Made by a program: the position numbers and the translations under genes. DNA of 63,800 nt, filler included, from an uncultured Methanoregulaceae archaeon (GTDB lineage Archaea > Halobacteriota > Methanomicrobia > Methanomicrobiales > Methanospirillaceae), in the NCBI GenBank assembly GCA_964530035.1. It is 3 parts of 3 records of this genome, joined end to end, with 100 filler letters (N's around TTAATTAATTAA, not from the genome) between each part and the next. Parts side by side here need not be neighbours in the genome. Positions count along the whole stretch, not along the records: positions 23,968 to 47,678 come from CAZGXZ010000015.1; positions 47,779 to 63,800 come from CAZGXZ010000038.1; 1 more part is not named here. One strand, written 5' to 3'. Numbering within the stretch: the stretch's first letter is position 1; every line of letters starts with the position of its first letter. Below the pieces are notes generated by a model. It was not told where the DNA came from. It searched no databases and was given only the letters and a program-made list of their open reading frames with translations. Positions 42,114 to 53,153 of the stretch are shown piece after piece.

Positions 42114-43589
42114 ATGTTGATCAAAAAGACAAAGAGCTTGTGCCCTGTCTGCAATACCGTCGTAGAGGCCGACCTGGTTGATGAAGAGGGCAGCGTCTTC
42201 ATAGTGCGCCGCTGCCGGGAACATGGTGAAACGAAAGACATCTACTGGTCTGACAGCCGGATGTACAGACGTTTCGACGAGTACGAGAAGATTGGGTCAG
42301 GTATCGAAAACCCCCAGAGTGATTCTCCCCCTGAAAACTGTCCCAATGGCTGTGGTCTCTGCTCAGGCCACCGGTCTTCGACCCTCCTTGCAAATATTGA
42401 CCTGACGAACCGGTGCAACCTGAACTGTGATTTTTGTTTTGCCAATGCCCGGGCATGTGGGTTCGTGTATGAACCGTCCTTTGAGGATATCATCGAAATG
42501 ATGAAAGTCCTCAGGGGAGAAAAACCGGTGCCTGCCCCTGCAGTCCAGTTCTCAGGCGGGGAGCCCACGATGAGGAAGGACCTCATCGAGATCATCAGGA
42601 AAGCCAGGGAACTCGGTTTCAGCCAGGTCCAGATGGCAACGAACGGCATTAAGCTGGCACGGAATCCCGAACTGGCAAGGACTCTCAAGGAGGCAGGGCT
42701 TTCGACCGTGTATCTCCACTTCGACGGTGTCACGAGTTCGACCAACCACATCCTTGAGCACAGCTTGAAAGCAGTGGAGAACTGCGACAGGGCGGGTCTC
42801 GGCATGGTGCTGGTCCCAACGGTAATCAAGGGGAGAAATGACCATGAGATAGGGGATATCATCCGTTTTGCCGCTGACCACATCTCGACGGTCAGGGGGA
42901 TAAATTTCCAGCCGATCGCTTTTACCGGCGCTGCCAGTGCTGACGATGTCAGGCGGGAACGTATCACCATCCCGGAGCTCCTTGAGGATATCGAACTGCA
43001 GACCCAGGGGAGCCTGAAGAAGGATGACTTCTACCCGGTCCCCTGTGTCGTCCCGTTCTCCGATTTCGTCGAGGCCTACACGGGAAAGCCCCAGATCAGG
43101 TTCACTGCACACCAGCACTGCGGGGCTGCGACGTATGTCTTCGTTTCCAGTGACGGCATGACCCCGGTCAACCGGATTGTTGATGTGGAGTCATTCTTTG
43201 GCGAACTCGACCGGCTTGCAGAACAATTGCGCAAGGGTGGCCAGATCAACAAGTACAAGACAGTCCTCCAGGCCATCATGAGTTTCAGGGAGTCCATGAA
43301 AAAAGGAGAGGACGGAAAATCATCAGATTTCTGGCCCTTGATAACCAAGGCCCTCCTCTTCCACAATTTCGATGCCCTCCGGGACTTCCACTGGAATGCC
43401 CTGTTCATCGGCACGATGCATTTCATGGACAGGTATAATTACGACCTCTCACGGGTCCAGAGATGCTGCATCCACTATGCCACGCCAGGAGGCAGGCTGA
43501 TCCCGTTCTGTACCTATAACAGTGGCCCTGTGTACCGGGAGAAGGTCTGGAAAGAGTATGCCTCCGCTCACCCCGCGGATCAGAAGTAA
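42114..43589 (+). CDS. tes: Tetraether lipid synthase (radical SAM)
   Basis: N-terminal SLCPVC, CGLC..H, CNLNCDFC, RCCIHY...IPFC. Confidence 0.92.
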   Translation: MLIKKTKSLCPVCNTVVEADLVDEEGSVFIVRRCREHGETKDIYWSDSRMYRRFDEYEKIGSGIENPQSDSPPENCPNGCGLCSGHRSSTLLANIDLTNRCNLNCDFCFANARACGFVYEPSFEDIIEMMKVLRGEKPVPAPAVQFSGGEPTMRKDLIEIIRKARELGFSQVQMATNGIKLARNPELARTLKEAGLSTVYLHFDGVTSSTNHILEHSLKAVENCDRAGLGMVLVPTVIKGRNDHEIGDIIRFAADHISTVRGINFQPIAFTGAASADDVRRERITIPELLEDIELQTQGSLKKDDFYPVPCVVPFSDFVEAYTGKPQIRFTAHQHCGAATYVFVSSDGMTPVNRIVDVESFFGELDRLAEQLRKGGQINKYKTVLQAIMSFRESMKKGEDGKSSDFWPLITKALLFHNFDALRDFHWNALFIGTMHFMDRYNYDLSRVQRCCIHYATPGGRLIPFCTYNSGPVYREKVWKEYASAHPADQK

Positions 43590-43595
43590 CACGGT

Positions 43596-44531
43596 TCAAG
43601 GGAACGGAAGGTCAACCCCACCATTTTGTTTCATTGCAAGGGCTGCGATTGCCAGGTCCTGTATTGCAAGACCCGTGGAATCAAAGATAGTAATTTCGTC
43701 GGCATTCTGACGCCCCCTGACTCCGTTGACCACCTCCCCTATCGTACCGGCGACCAGGTCAGGATGAAAAAGCCCTGCGGCAACCGGCACATTGATCTCA
43801 CCGGAATGCACTGCCTGTGCGAGGTCATCGACAAAAACCCTTGACCTGCCGAGAAGGGCAGGGTCGAGCTCCTCCTTGCCGGGCGCATCGGCGCCCATGG
43901 CATTGATATGCGTCCCTTCAGATATCCATTCATCCCTGACGAGAGGTAGCCTGGAAGGAGTGGCCGTGACAAGTACATCGGCGCCACATGCATTTTCAGG
44001 CGTTACAACCCGGCAGTCGATGTCAGGAAATGATGTGCAGAACTGCCTGGCTGAAGAAACGGTCCTGCTTGAGACCTTTATTGTCGTTATCTCCTTTTCC
44101 GCGGCAATGGCACGGGCGAGTGCAACCGCCTGTCTCCCTGCGCCGACCATCCCGAGGACTATGCTTTTTTTTGGGCACAGGTACTTCGTGGCAACCGCAC
44201 CGGCGGCTCCTGTACGGAGGTCGGTCAGGGAGGTCGCATTCAGGATCGCGAGGGGGATCCCGGTCTGGATATCGAGGATGATGAGGAGAGCCATCACCGT
44301 TGGCAGACCTCTCGAGGGGTTATCCGGGTGGACATTTACGACCTTGACTCCGGCGACCCCTGCTGAAGGGAGATAGGCAGGCATTGTCCTGAAATCCCCT
44401 GAGCCAATGGTGACATAGAGCTTGGGGGGCATCCGGACGGAACCGTACCCATGCTCCGAGAATGCAGCTTCAACCGCCCGATTAACCAGTGGGACAACCA
44501 GTTCCGCCTCGGGATGTGGGATATACCGCAT
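43596..44531 (-). CDS. Ornithine cyclodeaminase-family protein (alanine dehydrogenase-like)
   Basis: MPPK, DFRTMPA, RTGAAG, GAGRQA, DSTGLAIQD. Confidence 0.9.
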   Translation of the reverse strand: MRYIPHPEAELVVPLVNRAVEAAFSEHGYGSVRMPPKLYVTIGSGDFRTMPAYLPSAGVAGVKVVNVHPDNPSRGLPTVMALLIILDIQTGIPLAILNATSLTDLRTGAAGAVATKYLCPKKSIVLGMVGAGRQAVALARAIAAEKEITTIKVSSRTVSSARQFCTSFPDIDCRVVTPENACGADVLVTATPSRLPLVRDEWISEGTHINAMGADAPGKEELDPALLGRSRVFVDDLAQAVHSGEINVPVAAGLFHPDLVAGTIGEVVNGVRGRQNADEITIFDSTGLAIQDLAIAALAMKQNGGVDLPFP

Positions 44532-44632
44532 GTGACGATGATAATCCGCCAGGAAGGAAAAAGGTGACTGTTCCCTGCCAAAAGGACCACATCCGAAACC
44601 GTTAAACATCATGCAGGTACAAACGCGGAAGA

Positions 44633-45427
44633 ATGATCAGGATCGTCCCAAAACCCACGGATACACCGGGAGACAACTCAACGGCGATGGTTGTCCGGGA
44701 GCTTGACAGACGCGGCGTTGCATATTCGTTCATCAACCTGTGCGAGACCAATCCCTTTGATGGCACCCTCACCGGGGAACTCATCTGGGTCTGCGGGATG
44801 AAAAACGACGGAAGCCAGTTTGAAACCCTTTCGGCCCTTGGCCTCAACAACAGGGTCGTAAACTCCCCCGAAGCGATCGCGACCTGCGCGAACAAGGTCC
44901 AGACGTCAGCGCTCCTCCTGAAGGCAGGCATCCCAACGCCGAGGACAATTTTTACGGGATCAAGGGACCAGGCGGAACGCTTTGTCAGGGAGAACAACGG
45001 GGCGGTGTATAAGCCAGTCTATGGATATGACGGCAACGGAGTGAGACTCGTAAGGCCCGGCAATGAACCAGGTGAACAACCGTACTACCTCCAGGAATAT
45101 GTTGAGAATGAAGAGGATTTCAGGGTCTTTGTCATTGGAGGTGAACCGGTGGGAGCGATCAGCAGGAGGTCTGACTCTCTGACGCACAATATACACCAGG
45201 GAGGAGCCGGCAGGGCGATCAGTATCCCCGGGGAGATGGGCTCGATTGCTTCCAAAGCCGCACGGGCGTTGGGAGCCGATTACTGCGGGGTAGACCTGCT
45301 GAGGTCGGGGAACAGTTACACCGTCCTCGAAGTCAACGGGACCCCGAACTGGCACTGCATGACCGCTCCCATACCCTCCCTGCTCGCGGATTACCTCGTC
45401 GGGTGTCTCGAAGAGACCAGGGCCTGA
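44633..45427 (+). CDS. RimK-family ATP-grasp ligase
   Basis: KP..G..G.G, YLQEY, DFRVFV, GVDLL, EVN. Confidence 0.88.
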   Translation: MIRIVPKPTDTPGDNSTAMVVRELDRRGVAYSFINLCETNPFDGTLTGELIWVCGMKNDGSQFETLSALGLNNRVVNSPEAIATCANKVQTSALLLKAGIPTPRTIFTGSRDQAERFVRENNGAVYKPVYGYDGNGVRLVRPGNEPGEQPYYLQEYVENEEDFRVFVIGGEPVGAISRRSDSLTHNIHQGGAGRAISIPGEMGSIASKAARALGADYCGVDLLRSGNSYTVLEVNGTPNWHCMTAPIPSLLADYLVGCLEETRA

Positions 45428-45431
45428 CCTT

Positions 45432-46340
45432 TCAGAGCCGTTCACCCTCCCCGTTCTCCGGGGCCTCAGGTGACGGACATGAGCGTTTACGGTTGTCCAA
45501 TGCCGCGGGAAATCCCGGGTCAAGCGAAAGTGCCCGGTCAAATGAATCACATGCCTCGGCAGTCCGTCCCAGGCCGAGAAGGGCGACACCGCGGTTGTTC
45601 CAGAACTCGGGCATCGTCCTGCATCCGTCCATCACCTTTTCAAAGGTTTCGGACGCCTCGGCGAAACGCTCGAGTTCGTTGTAGGTGTGCCCCAGGTTGA
45701 CCAGGTATTCAGGTTTTTCACCACCGGCAGATATCGCCTTCAGGATGGTTTCAAGTGCCTCGTGATGACGTCCTGCCTGGTTCAGGACAACGGCGAGGTT
45801 GCTCAGGGTATCGGGACTCGCCGGAGCCAGCCTGGCTGCCTTTTCAAAAAAACGGGCAGATTCCTGGACCCTGCCGGAGAGAAACGAGGCGTACCCGGCA
45901 TCCTCCAGGAGTTCAGGGTCAGCCTGTTCTTCATCCAGGTGAGAGCTGACCAGGTCCAGTCCCTCTTCCAGTCGTCCGAGCCGGAAAAGTACCCGGCCCT
46001 TTCCTGATAATGCCGGGACGATGTCAGGGCTCCTGTCCAGTACCGCATTAAAACAAAGCAGCGCCTCCTCGTTTCTACCCAGTTCAAGGAGCGCGATTCC
46101 CCGGTTCAGGCAGGCTCCCACGGAGGAGGAATTTATCGCAAGGGCTTTTTCGCAGGACTCCAGGGCTTCGTTGAACCGCCCAAGTTCATTCAGGACAGCG
46201 CCACGGTTCGCCCAGGCAGCAGGTTCATCCGGGATCGCTGACAGGACCCGGTCGAAGCAGGCGAGCGCGTCATCGTATCGTCCCTTCGAATAGAGTGAGG
46301 TCCCTTCGTGAAACCACTCCTCCGGGTCGTCAGCTTTCAT
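45432..46340 (-). CDS. TPR repeat protein
   Basis: Repeated W.NRG..L..LGR..EA...F..AL. Confidence 0.9.
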   Translation of the reverse strand: MKADDPEEWFHEGTSLYSKGRYDDALACFDRVLSAIPDEPAAWANRGAVLNELGRFNEALESCEKALAINSSSVGACLNRGIALLELGRNEEALLCFNAVLDRSPDIVPALSGKGRVLFRLGRLEEGLDLVSSHLDEEQADPELLEDAGYASFLSGRVQESARFFEKAARLAPASPDTLSNLAVVLNQAGRHHEALETILKAISAGGEKPEYLVNLGHTYNELERFAEASETFEKVMDGCRTMPEFWNNRGVALLGLGRTAEACDSFDRALSLDPGFPAALDNRKRSCPSPEAPENGEGERL

Positions 46341-46501
46341 AGTTTCAAAAGGATATGTGAGGGACAGTATATAACGGTACGATTTTTCCCCGATATCCAG
46401 GTACTTCATGCCATTCTCATCCCCGTGATGGGAGTGATACCGAAAATGCTGTTACGTGGCCGGGAGAACTGAGTCTATGGACAGCGGAGGATGGAAGGCA
46501 T

Positions 46502-47200
46502 ATGGGTATCCTTGAAGACACCGTGGATATCGCATATCCGCAGCAGCCGCACTGTGCAACGGTCCTCGTCCTCGACGTCTCCGCATCGATGGCTGGTGAG
46601 AAGATCCTCGAGCTCTCTGAAGGCCTCGGTGCATTCATCAGAGCACTTACCGAGGATGACCTTGCCAGGAAAAGGGTGGACCTTGCAATTATTACATTCG
46701 GAAAGGATGTCCGGGTTATCTGTCCCTTTTCAACTGCCGACCAGGTCCGGGATCCCGTCCTCGAACCAGAAACCTTCACCCCGATGGGCAGGGCACTCAT
46801 GCGCGCAATGGATCTGGTCGAGGAGCGCAAGGCGGAATACCGGGATCTTGGCATCGATTACTACCGGCCATGGATCTTTCTCATCACGGACGGAAGGCCA
46901 AGCGATATGCATCCTGGCGAGCCGTTCTGGGACGAGGTGGTCGAAAGGGTGCATCAGGGGGAAAAAGAAAAGAGGTTTCTCTTCTGGGCGCTTGGGGTAG
47001 ACAAGGCTGACATGAAGATGTTGAAGGAGATCGCACCCGCCAGCCGGCCCCCGCTCCTCCTGAAGGAAACCCGTTTTTACGACCTCTTCGTATGGCTCTC
47101 AAAAAGCCTTTCACGGATCTCTGATTCATCAATCGGAGAGCAGGTTACCCTTGAGAACCCTGCAGGTCCGGACGGCTGGGGTGTTATCCCGACCGACTAG
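46502..47200 (+). CDS. TerY-like vWA domain protein
   Basis: DVSASM (MIDAS), TPMG.A, YYRPWIFLITDG.P. Confidence 0.9.
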   Translation: MGILEDTVDIAYPQQPHCATVLVLDVSASMAGEKILELSEGLGAFIRALTEDDLARKRVDLAIITFGKDVRVICPFSTADQVRDPVLEPETFTPMGRALMRAMDLVEERKAEYRDLGIDYYRPWIFLITDGRPSDMHPGEPFWDEVVERVHQGEKEKRFLFWALGVDKADMKMLKEIAPASRPPLLLKETRFYDLFVWLSKSLSRISDSSIGEQVTLENPAGPDGWGVIPTD

Positions 47201-47211
47201 GCACCACCAGG

Positions 47212-47678
47212 ATGAAAAAAAAGGGAGTACCTGGACAGAAATTCTCCCCGTTTATCTGCGGGGGATCGGTCTGCGGGGAGTACCACGGTTCAATGCAAGA
47301 ATTCTGCCAGGACGCCTCCGGGTGGACGGTGGTCCCCGGGCAGGGACGGTTTCCCCCGTATGGCGTGATAGCGGTCGCCGATGGCCTTGGAAGCGCACGC
47401 TTATCAGGGATTGGTGCGGCGACTGCAGTTACTGCAGCGCTTGAAACCGCCATGACTGTGTTGCCTGCCCCGGTTGGGGCTATTGGAGAGATCCTTTACG
47501 ATATAACAAGGTCTGCCCGCGATGCAGTCCTCTCACGGTCACGTGACCACGGGTGTCCCCCGAGGGACATGGCCAGCACGTTTATCTGTGTCCTTTTCTC
47601 CCGGCATGGAATCGCTGCAGCCCATGTTGGAGACGGTTGCATCGTGGCACGAGACAGGGCAGGAGGACTTTTCATGCT
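47212..47678 (+). CDS. PP2C-like phosphatase, truncated by contig end
   Basis: G..H....CQD, VADGLGSA, ASTF, VGD. Confidence 0.85.
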
Positions 47679-47778
47679 NNNNNNNNNNNNNNNNNNNNNN
47701 NNNNNNNNNNNNNNNNNNNNNNTTAATTAATTAANNNNNNNNNNNNNNNNNNNNNNNNNNNNNNNNNNNNNNNNNNNN
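47679..47778. other. Artificial contig linker
   Basis: 100 nt: Ns around TTAATTAATTAA. Confidence 0.97.
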
Positions 47779-47846
47779 GCTGCCATTTGCTCAAAAAGGT
47801 CGAAAAATTTTCGATCCTGCGGAATAATCAATTCCCTGATGCCCAC
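47779..47846 (-). CDS. N-terminal fragment of a DUF47/PhoU-like protein
   Basis: MGIRELIIPQDRKFFDLFEQMA running into the contig end. Confidence 0.6.
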
Positions 47847-47914
47847 GATATCCCGTGTAGATCTCGTGGAGGATAATAAAAAAGGCTCCGTTATGAATCG
47901 GACATACCGAGGGA

Positions 47915-47964
47915 TGGACCGAGCGGGAATTGAACCCGCGGCCTCTTCCATGCCAAGGAAGCGA
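47915..47964 (-). tRNA. tRNA-Ala(GGC), 5' part lost in N gap
   Basis: CTTCC-TTGGCAT-GGAAG anticodon arm; GCGGGTTCAATTCCCGC T arm; CGGTCCA end. Confidence 0.92.
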
Positions 47965-48070
47965 NNNNNNNNNNNNNNNNNCTCCTACACATGTTACACC
48001 TTATCAGTTATAAGAATAGTAGGAATCAACCAGCCGAAAACCCGGGAAGTCCGGGCTGATGCAATCAATA

Positions 48071-49201
48071 TCAGGTGAGAGCACCAGACTGCGCCGATAT
48101 CCAGGCAAGCGCCCGCTCGCGGGCACGGTGATGATCCTCTGACAGAAGGACCCTCCCTTCCCGTATGACGGTTTCAAGAAGCGGGCGGGCACCCTCCGGC
48201 ACATGAGCGGCTGCCGGGAGCAGGACCCTCTTCCCGTCCCGGAGGCTGAAGACCTGCTTTTTCATGCTCCTCCTGCCTCGTTTGACACAGGGAGAACCTT
48301 CCTTTTCGACGATGTCAAGAGAGAAATCGACCACCGGTGCGTTCGCAATCGCCCCGCCGATTCCAAACCCCTCCACGATATCCCTGAACATGAGGACCTC
48401 CTCCCGGGTCACCCCCCCGGAAAGGAAAAGGGACACGTCCTGGTAGCCTGCGGCATCAAGCTCCCACCTGACCTCCTCGAGGATGGACCGCATCTTTCCC
48501 CTGCGGGAACGCGGGGTGTCAAGCCGGACTGCCTTCGCCCCGTTCCTTGCCGCGGCCAGGGCCTCGCGCTTCTCATCGCAGACCGTGTCGACCAGCATCA
48601 CCCTCGGGACGTCGGCCGGGGCCACCCTGTCAAAGGAGGCAAAAGCCTGCTCCGGGGAATGATGGCAAAGTACGAAGGCATGGGGCATCGTTCCGACAAC
48701 GGGTATTCCCTCAGGCGCCGCCGTATTGCTCGCGCCATCGACACCCCCGATCCACGCCGACCGTTCGACCATCGCCGCGATGGCCGGGTGCTGGCGACGC
48801 GACCCGAACGAGTACACATGGCGTTGTCCTGCTGCCGCTTTCATCCATGCCGCTGCCGTGGCTATCCCGGATGCATGGCAGATAAAACCCAGGACACCGG
48901 TTTCGAACCGGCAGAAGTCCAGGTACCGACCGGTTATCTGGAGGACCGGTTCATTCTTGTAAAACGGACTGCCCTCTGGGAGCGCCTCCACCGTAACGGG
49001 CAGACCTTCAAGAAGCGCGAGGACATCGGAGAGCCCGCAGAAAATCCCCCATGGTTCAGGAAGGTCCGCTGCACTCACCTCGGCGACCACGACCGGGTTG
49101 ATTCCCTCCTCCTCCAGGATCGCCCCCGCCCGGTCGAAGTAAACATCAGTGCAGCGGCCCGACCTGATATCATCCTCGTCAACTATGGTAAAGAGTCCCA
49201 T
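48071..49201 (-). CDS. pncB: Nicotinate phosphoribosyltransferase
   Basis: TDVYF, FGSRR.HP, GTMPH, VRLDTP, SGG. Confidence 0.9.
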   Translation of the reverse strand: MGLFTIVDEDDIRSGRCTDVYFDRAGAILEEEGINPVVVAEVSAADLPEPWGIFCGLSDVLALLEGLPVTVEALPEGSPFYKNEPVLQITGRYLDFCRFETGVLGFICHASGIATAAAWMKAAAGQRHVYSFGSRRQHPAIAAMVERSAWIGGVDGASNTAAPEGIPVVGTMPHAFVLCHHSPEQAFASFDRVAPADVPRVMLVDTVCDEKREALAAARNGAKAVRLDTPRSRRGKMRSILEEVRWELDAAGYQDVSLFLSGGVTREEVLMFRDIVEGFGIGGAIANAPVVDFSLDIVEKEGSPCVKRGRRSMKKQVFSLRDGKRVLLPAAAHVPEGARPLLETVIREGRVLLSEDHHRARERALAWISAQSGALT

Positions 49202-49302
49202 CGCATGTACCCCGTTCGTACCGGACATTCCCCGACACTTTGCAGGAGGTCCGTCCTGCTATCTTTTTGAGCCTGTCCGTGAAATTATTTTCCGGCAGGA
49301 CA

Positions 49303-49974
49303 ATGCTCGGAATTATCGGTGGGACAAGTCTTTTCTTCTCCTCGGTTACGGGGGTCGAGAAAAAAAGCATTGCTACTCCATACGGACGAAGCGAGGTCTT
49401 TCTCGGGCCTTTTGCATTCATCATGCGGCACCAGTGGGGCCTCCCCCCCCACCGGATAAACGTCCGTGCCCACATCGCGGCCCTCACCCTCGCCGGGGTC
49501 GAAAGGATCGTTTCAATCGGCTCTTCAGGTTCCCTGAAACGGGAGATCCTCCCGGGTTCCCTCCTCATCCCCGATGATTACATCACCGTCGCCGACGTTC
49601 CGTCATTTTTTGACCATGAGATCGAGCACGTGCGGCCTGAACTTTCCACAACGCTTCGTAGCGAACTCGCCCGGGCCATACCAGCGGCATACCCGAAGGG
49701 TTGCTACGTCCAGACCCGCGGGCCGCGGATCGAAACGGTTTCAGAGGTGAGGGCTCTCGCCCCGTTTGCCGATATTGTCGGGATGACGCTTGCGAGCGAA
49801 GCGACCCTTGCCTGCGAGATGGAGATCCCCTTCGCCGCGGTGTGCACGGTGGACAATTATGCAAACGGACTTGGCGACGAGGTCCTTACCTACGAAGGTA
49901 TCAGGGAGCATGCCCGGATGAACCGGGAACGGACCGATGCGATGGTTGCTAGCATCATAGAAACCCTTGGATGA
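49303..49974 (+). CDS. MTAP-family nucleoside phosphorylase
   Basis: GIIGGT, TPYG, RH, GPRIET, GMT..SE, DNYA. Confidence 0.9.
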   Translation: MLGIIGGTSLFFSSVTGVEKKSIATPYGRSEVFLGPFAFIMRHQWGLPPHRINVRAHIAALTLAGVERIVSIGSSGSLKREILPGSLLIPDDYITVADVPSFFDHEIEHVRPELSTTLRSELARAIPAAYPKGCYVQTRGPRIETVSEVRALAPFADIVGMTLASEATLACEMEIPFAAVCTVDNYANGLGDEVLTYEGIREHARMNRERTDAMVASIIETLG

Positions 49975-51284
49975 TACCCATGGATGACGATGACCTTTTT
50001 CGGAAACACCATTCACTCCGGATAACCAATGTACAGCTGAACGGGAGGACCACGGAGGTCTTCGTGGACGAACAGGGAGATATCGCCGGGATAGGCGAGC
50101 GGGTCGGAAAGTCCGCGGAGTTCACCCTGGACGGTAAGGGTGGCATGATCATGCCCGGGCTTGTGAATACCCACACCCATGCAGCAATGACCCTTCTTCG
50201 GGGATACGCCGACGACATGGTCCTCCAGGAGTGGCTGTCACAGAAGATCTGGCCTCTTGAAGCCCACCTGACCGGGCCTGATGTCTACTGGGGCACAAAA
50301 CTCGCCTGCCTCGAGATGATCAGGACCGGGACCACCGCGTTCAATGACATGTACTTCTTCATGCAGGACGCGGCGCGGGCGGTCGGTGAGATGGGGTTGC
50401 GGGCAGACCTGAGCTACGGGTTCATCGACCTCTCCAGCCCGGAGAAAAGGGAGCAGGAAATAAAGGCAACCGAAGCTTTGGTGCGGGATATCCGTTCAAT
50501 GGGCAACCCGCGGATCAGGCCGGCGGTCGGCCCCCACGCAGTGTACACTGTTTCGCCCGAAGGCTTGTCCTGGTGCGCCGGGTTTGCGGCCGAACAGAAA
50601 ACCGGGATCCATATCCACGTGAGCGAAACGAAGACCGAGGTCGATGACTGTGTGAAGGCCCATGGCATGCGCCCGCCAGCCCTCCTCGACACGTGCGGGA
50701 TCCTGACGCCCCGGACGGTCACAGCTCATGGCTGCTGGCTTGATGCCACTGAGTGCCAGCTGCTCGCCCGGCGGGGGGTCTCCGTTTCCCACAACCCCGC
50801 CTCGAATATGAAACTCGCGGTCGGGAGGGCGATGCCGTACCCCGACCTCGCCGGGGCCGGCGTCAACATTTCCCTCGGGACCGATGGCTGCGCCTCGAAC
50901 AACAACCTTGACCTCCTCGAGGAGGCAAAGACCGCCGCCCTCCTCCAGAAATTTGCCTGGGACAGCCCGACGGTCCTCCCTGCCCACGAAGCGGTACGAA
51001 TGGCCACCTTCAACGGGGCAAAAGCCATGGGGCTCCGCACCGGAACGCTTGAAGAAGGAAGACCTGCAGACCTTGTCATCATCAGTACCCGTGACGTGTG
51101 CAACACACCCTGCCACAACCCGGAATCGAACGTGATTTATGCCTGCAGTGGAAATGCCGTCACAACCACGGTCTGCGACGGCAGGGTCCTCATGCACGAC
51201 GGCTCTATCCCCGGTGCAGATGAGGTGATTGCCGGGGCACGAAAAGCCTCGTATGACCTTGTCGCCCGGGCCCGGGGCACCTGA
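49971..51284 (+). CDS. 5'-deoxyadenosine/MTA/SAH deaminase (amidohydrolase)
   Basis: NTHTH, HIHVSET, GTDG.ASNN. Confidence 0.9.
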   Translation: MIPMDDDDLFRKHHSLRITNVQLNGRTTEVFVDEQGDIAGIGERVGKSAEFTLDGKGGMIMPGLVNTHTHAAMTLLRGYADDMVLQEWLSQKIWPLEAHLTGPDVYWGTKLACLEMIRTGTTAFNDMYFFMQDAARAVGEMGLRADLSYGFIDLSSPEKREQEIKATEALVRDIRSMGNPRIRPAVGPHAVYTVSPEGLSWCAGFAAEQKTGIHIHVSETKTEVDDCVKAHGMRPPALLDTCGILTPRTVTAHGCWLDATECQLLARRGVSVSHNPASNMKLAVGRAMPYPDLAGAGVNISLGTDGCASNNNLDLLEEAKTAALLQKFAWDSPTVLPAHEAVRMATFNGAKAMGLRTGTLEEGRPADLVIISTRDVCNTPCHNPESNVIYACSGNAVTTTVCDGRVLMHDGSIPGADEVIAGARKASYDLVARARGT

Positions 51285-51351
51285 CCGCCGGCACCCTGCA
51301 GGACAGCAGTATTTGGGCCTGGATCAGAATAAAAACAGGAAGAGGGCTGAA

Positions 51352-53052
51352 TCATGCCGTTTCTATTTTTTCGACGTCCTCGAGGTGCAGCTCGGCAATG
51401 GCCTGCTCCCGCATCTTGAACTTCTGGATCTTGCCGCTTACCGTTATCGGAAAATCCGACACGAACTTGATATACCGCGGGACCTTGAAGTGTGCAATTT
51501 TTCCCTTGCAGTATTCCTTGAGCTCGTCCTCTGTCAGAGTGGTCCCGTCCTGTACCTTCACCCAGGCCATGAGCTCCTCCCCGTACTTCACGTCCGGGAC
51601 ACCGATGACATAGACATCGGCAACCGACGGGTGGTGGTGCAGGAACTCCTCGATCTCCCTCGGGTAGATGTTCTCGCCGCCCCGGATCACCATGTCCTTG
51701 AGCCTTCCCACGATCTTCACATACCCCTCCCCGTCGATCGTACCGAGGTCCCCGGTGTGGTTCCATCCCTGCGAGTCCTTGGTCGCATGGGTCGCCGACG
51801 GGTTGTTGTAGTAGCACTTCATGACGCAGTACCCCCGTGCACAGATCTCCCCGACCTCTCCGCGCGGCAGGATCTGCCCGTTCTTGGGGTCCACGATCTT
51901 CAGCTCGGTGTGGGGGAAGACCCGCCCGACGGTTGAGACACGTCGTTCAAGCGGGTCGAGGGTCGTAGTCATCGTCACCCCCGGAGAGGTCTCGGTCTGG
52001 CCGTAGACGATGACGATATCGTCCATGTGCATCTTCCTGTTGACCTGTTTCATGACCTCGATGGGGCAGGGGGAGCCGGCCATGATACCCGTCCTGAGGG
52101 ACCGGAGGTCATAGTAGTCAAAGTCTGGGTGGGCGAGTTCGGCGATGAACATGGTGGGGACGCCATGGAGGGCAGTGCATTTTTCCTTCTGAACGGTCTT
52201 TAACACGTCCTCTGCGGAGAAGACCGGGGCCGGGATGACCATCGCGGAGCCGTGGGTCATTGACGCAAGGTTCGAGAGCACCATGCCGAAACAGTGGTAG
52301 AACGGGACAGGGATGCAGAGCCGGTCCTTTTCCGTGAACTTCATCCCTTCGCCGATGATGTACCCGTTGTTCAGGACACCGTGGTGGGACAGGACGACCC
52401 CTTTCGGGAACCCTGTCGTGCCGCTCGTGTACTGGATGTTGATGGCGTCGTCAAAGGAGAGTCCTGCCTGGCGTTCGACGAGCTCGTCCCGCGAGATCTC
52501 GCTGCTCCGCTCAAAGAGTTCGTCCCACACGAACATGCCGTTGTATGGGATGTCCCCGAGGAATATCGCGTTTTTCAGGAACGGAAACTTTTCACTCGCG
52601 ATGCGGCCCGGGCGGGCTTCGTATGCATCAGGGCACGCCTCGTAGAACATGCCGACATAGTCCGATGTCTTGAACCTCCCCTGTACAAGGAGCGTGCTGA
52701 TCTCAGCCTGCTTGAGGACGAACTCAAGCTCATAGGTCCGGTACGCGGGGTTGATGTTGACGAGGATGGCGCCAATCTTGGCGGTTGCGACCTGTATAGC
52801 AATCCATTCGGCATAATTCATCGCCCAGATCCCGACCCGGTCCCCCTTTTCGACGCCGAGGGCCATCAGGCCACGGGCGATGTCGTCTGTCTTCTTACGG
52901 AACTCCCCGTACGTCCACCTGATATCCTGGTGGACCGAGACGACCGCATCGTTGGACGGGTACTTTGATGCTATGGTATCGAACATCTCACCGATCGTCA
53001 TTCCGAGGAGAGGATACGACGAAATTCCGCAATCATAGCTCAGTTGAGCCAT
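51352..53052 (-). CDS. AMP-dependent acyl-CoA synthetase
   Basis: [25 protein letters not shown]. Confidence 0.93.
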   Translation of the reverse strand: MAQLSYDCGISSYPLLGMTIGEMFDTIASKYPSNDAVVSVHQDIRWTYGEFRKKTDDIARGLMALGVEKGDRVGIWAMNYAEWIAIQVATAKIGAILVNINPAYRTYELEFVLKQAEISTLLVQGRFKTSDYVGMFYEACPDAYEARPGRIASEKFPFLKNAIFLGDIPYNGMFVWDELFERSSEISRDELVERQAGLSFDDAINIQYTSGTTGFPKGVVLSHHGVLNNGYIIGEGMKFTEKDRLCIPVPFYHCFGMVLSNLASMTHGSAMVIPAPVFSAEDVLKTVQKEKCTALHGVPTMFIAELAHPDFDYYDLRSLRTGIMAGSPCPIEVMKQVNRKMHMDDIVIVYGQTETSPGVTMTTTLDPLERRVSTVGRVFPHTELKIVDPKNGQILPRGEVGEICARGYCVMKCYYNNPSATHATKDSQGWNHTGDLGTIDGEGYVKIVGRLKDMVIRGGENIYPREIEEFLHHHPSVADVYVIGVPDVKYGEELMAWVKVQDGTTLTEDELKEYCKGKIAHFKVPRYIKFVSDFPITVSGKIQKFKMREQAIAELHLEDVEKIETA

Positions 53053-53153
53053 TGCTAAAGTTTTGGAGCCGCACGTTCATATAGTGAGCGCCGTTCGTTC
53101 AAAAACAAAACCATTAATGCCAAGGGGAGGAAGACTATATTCGGCATCTGAAC

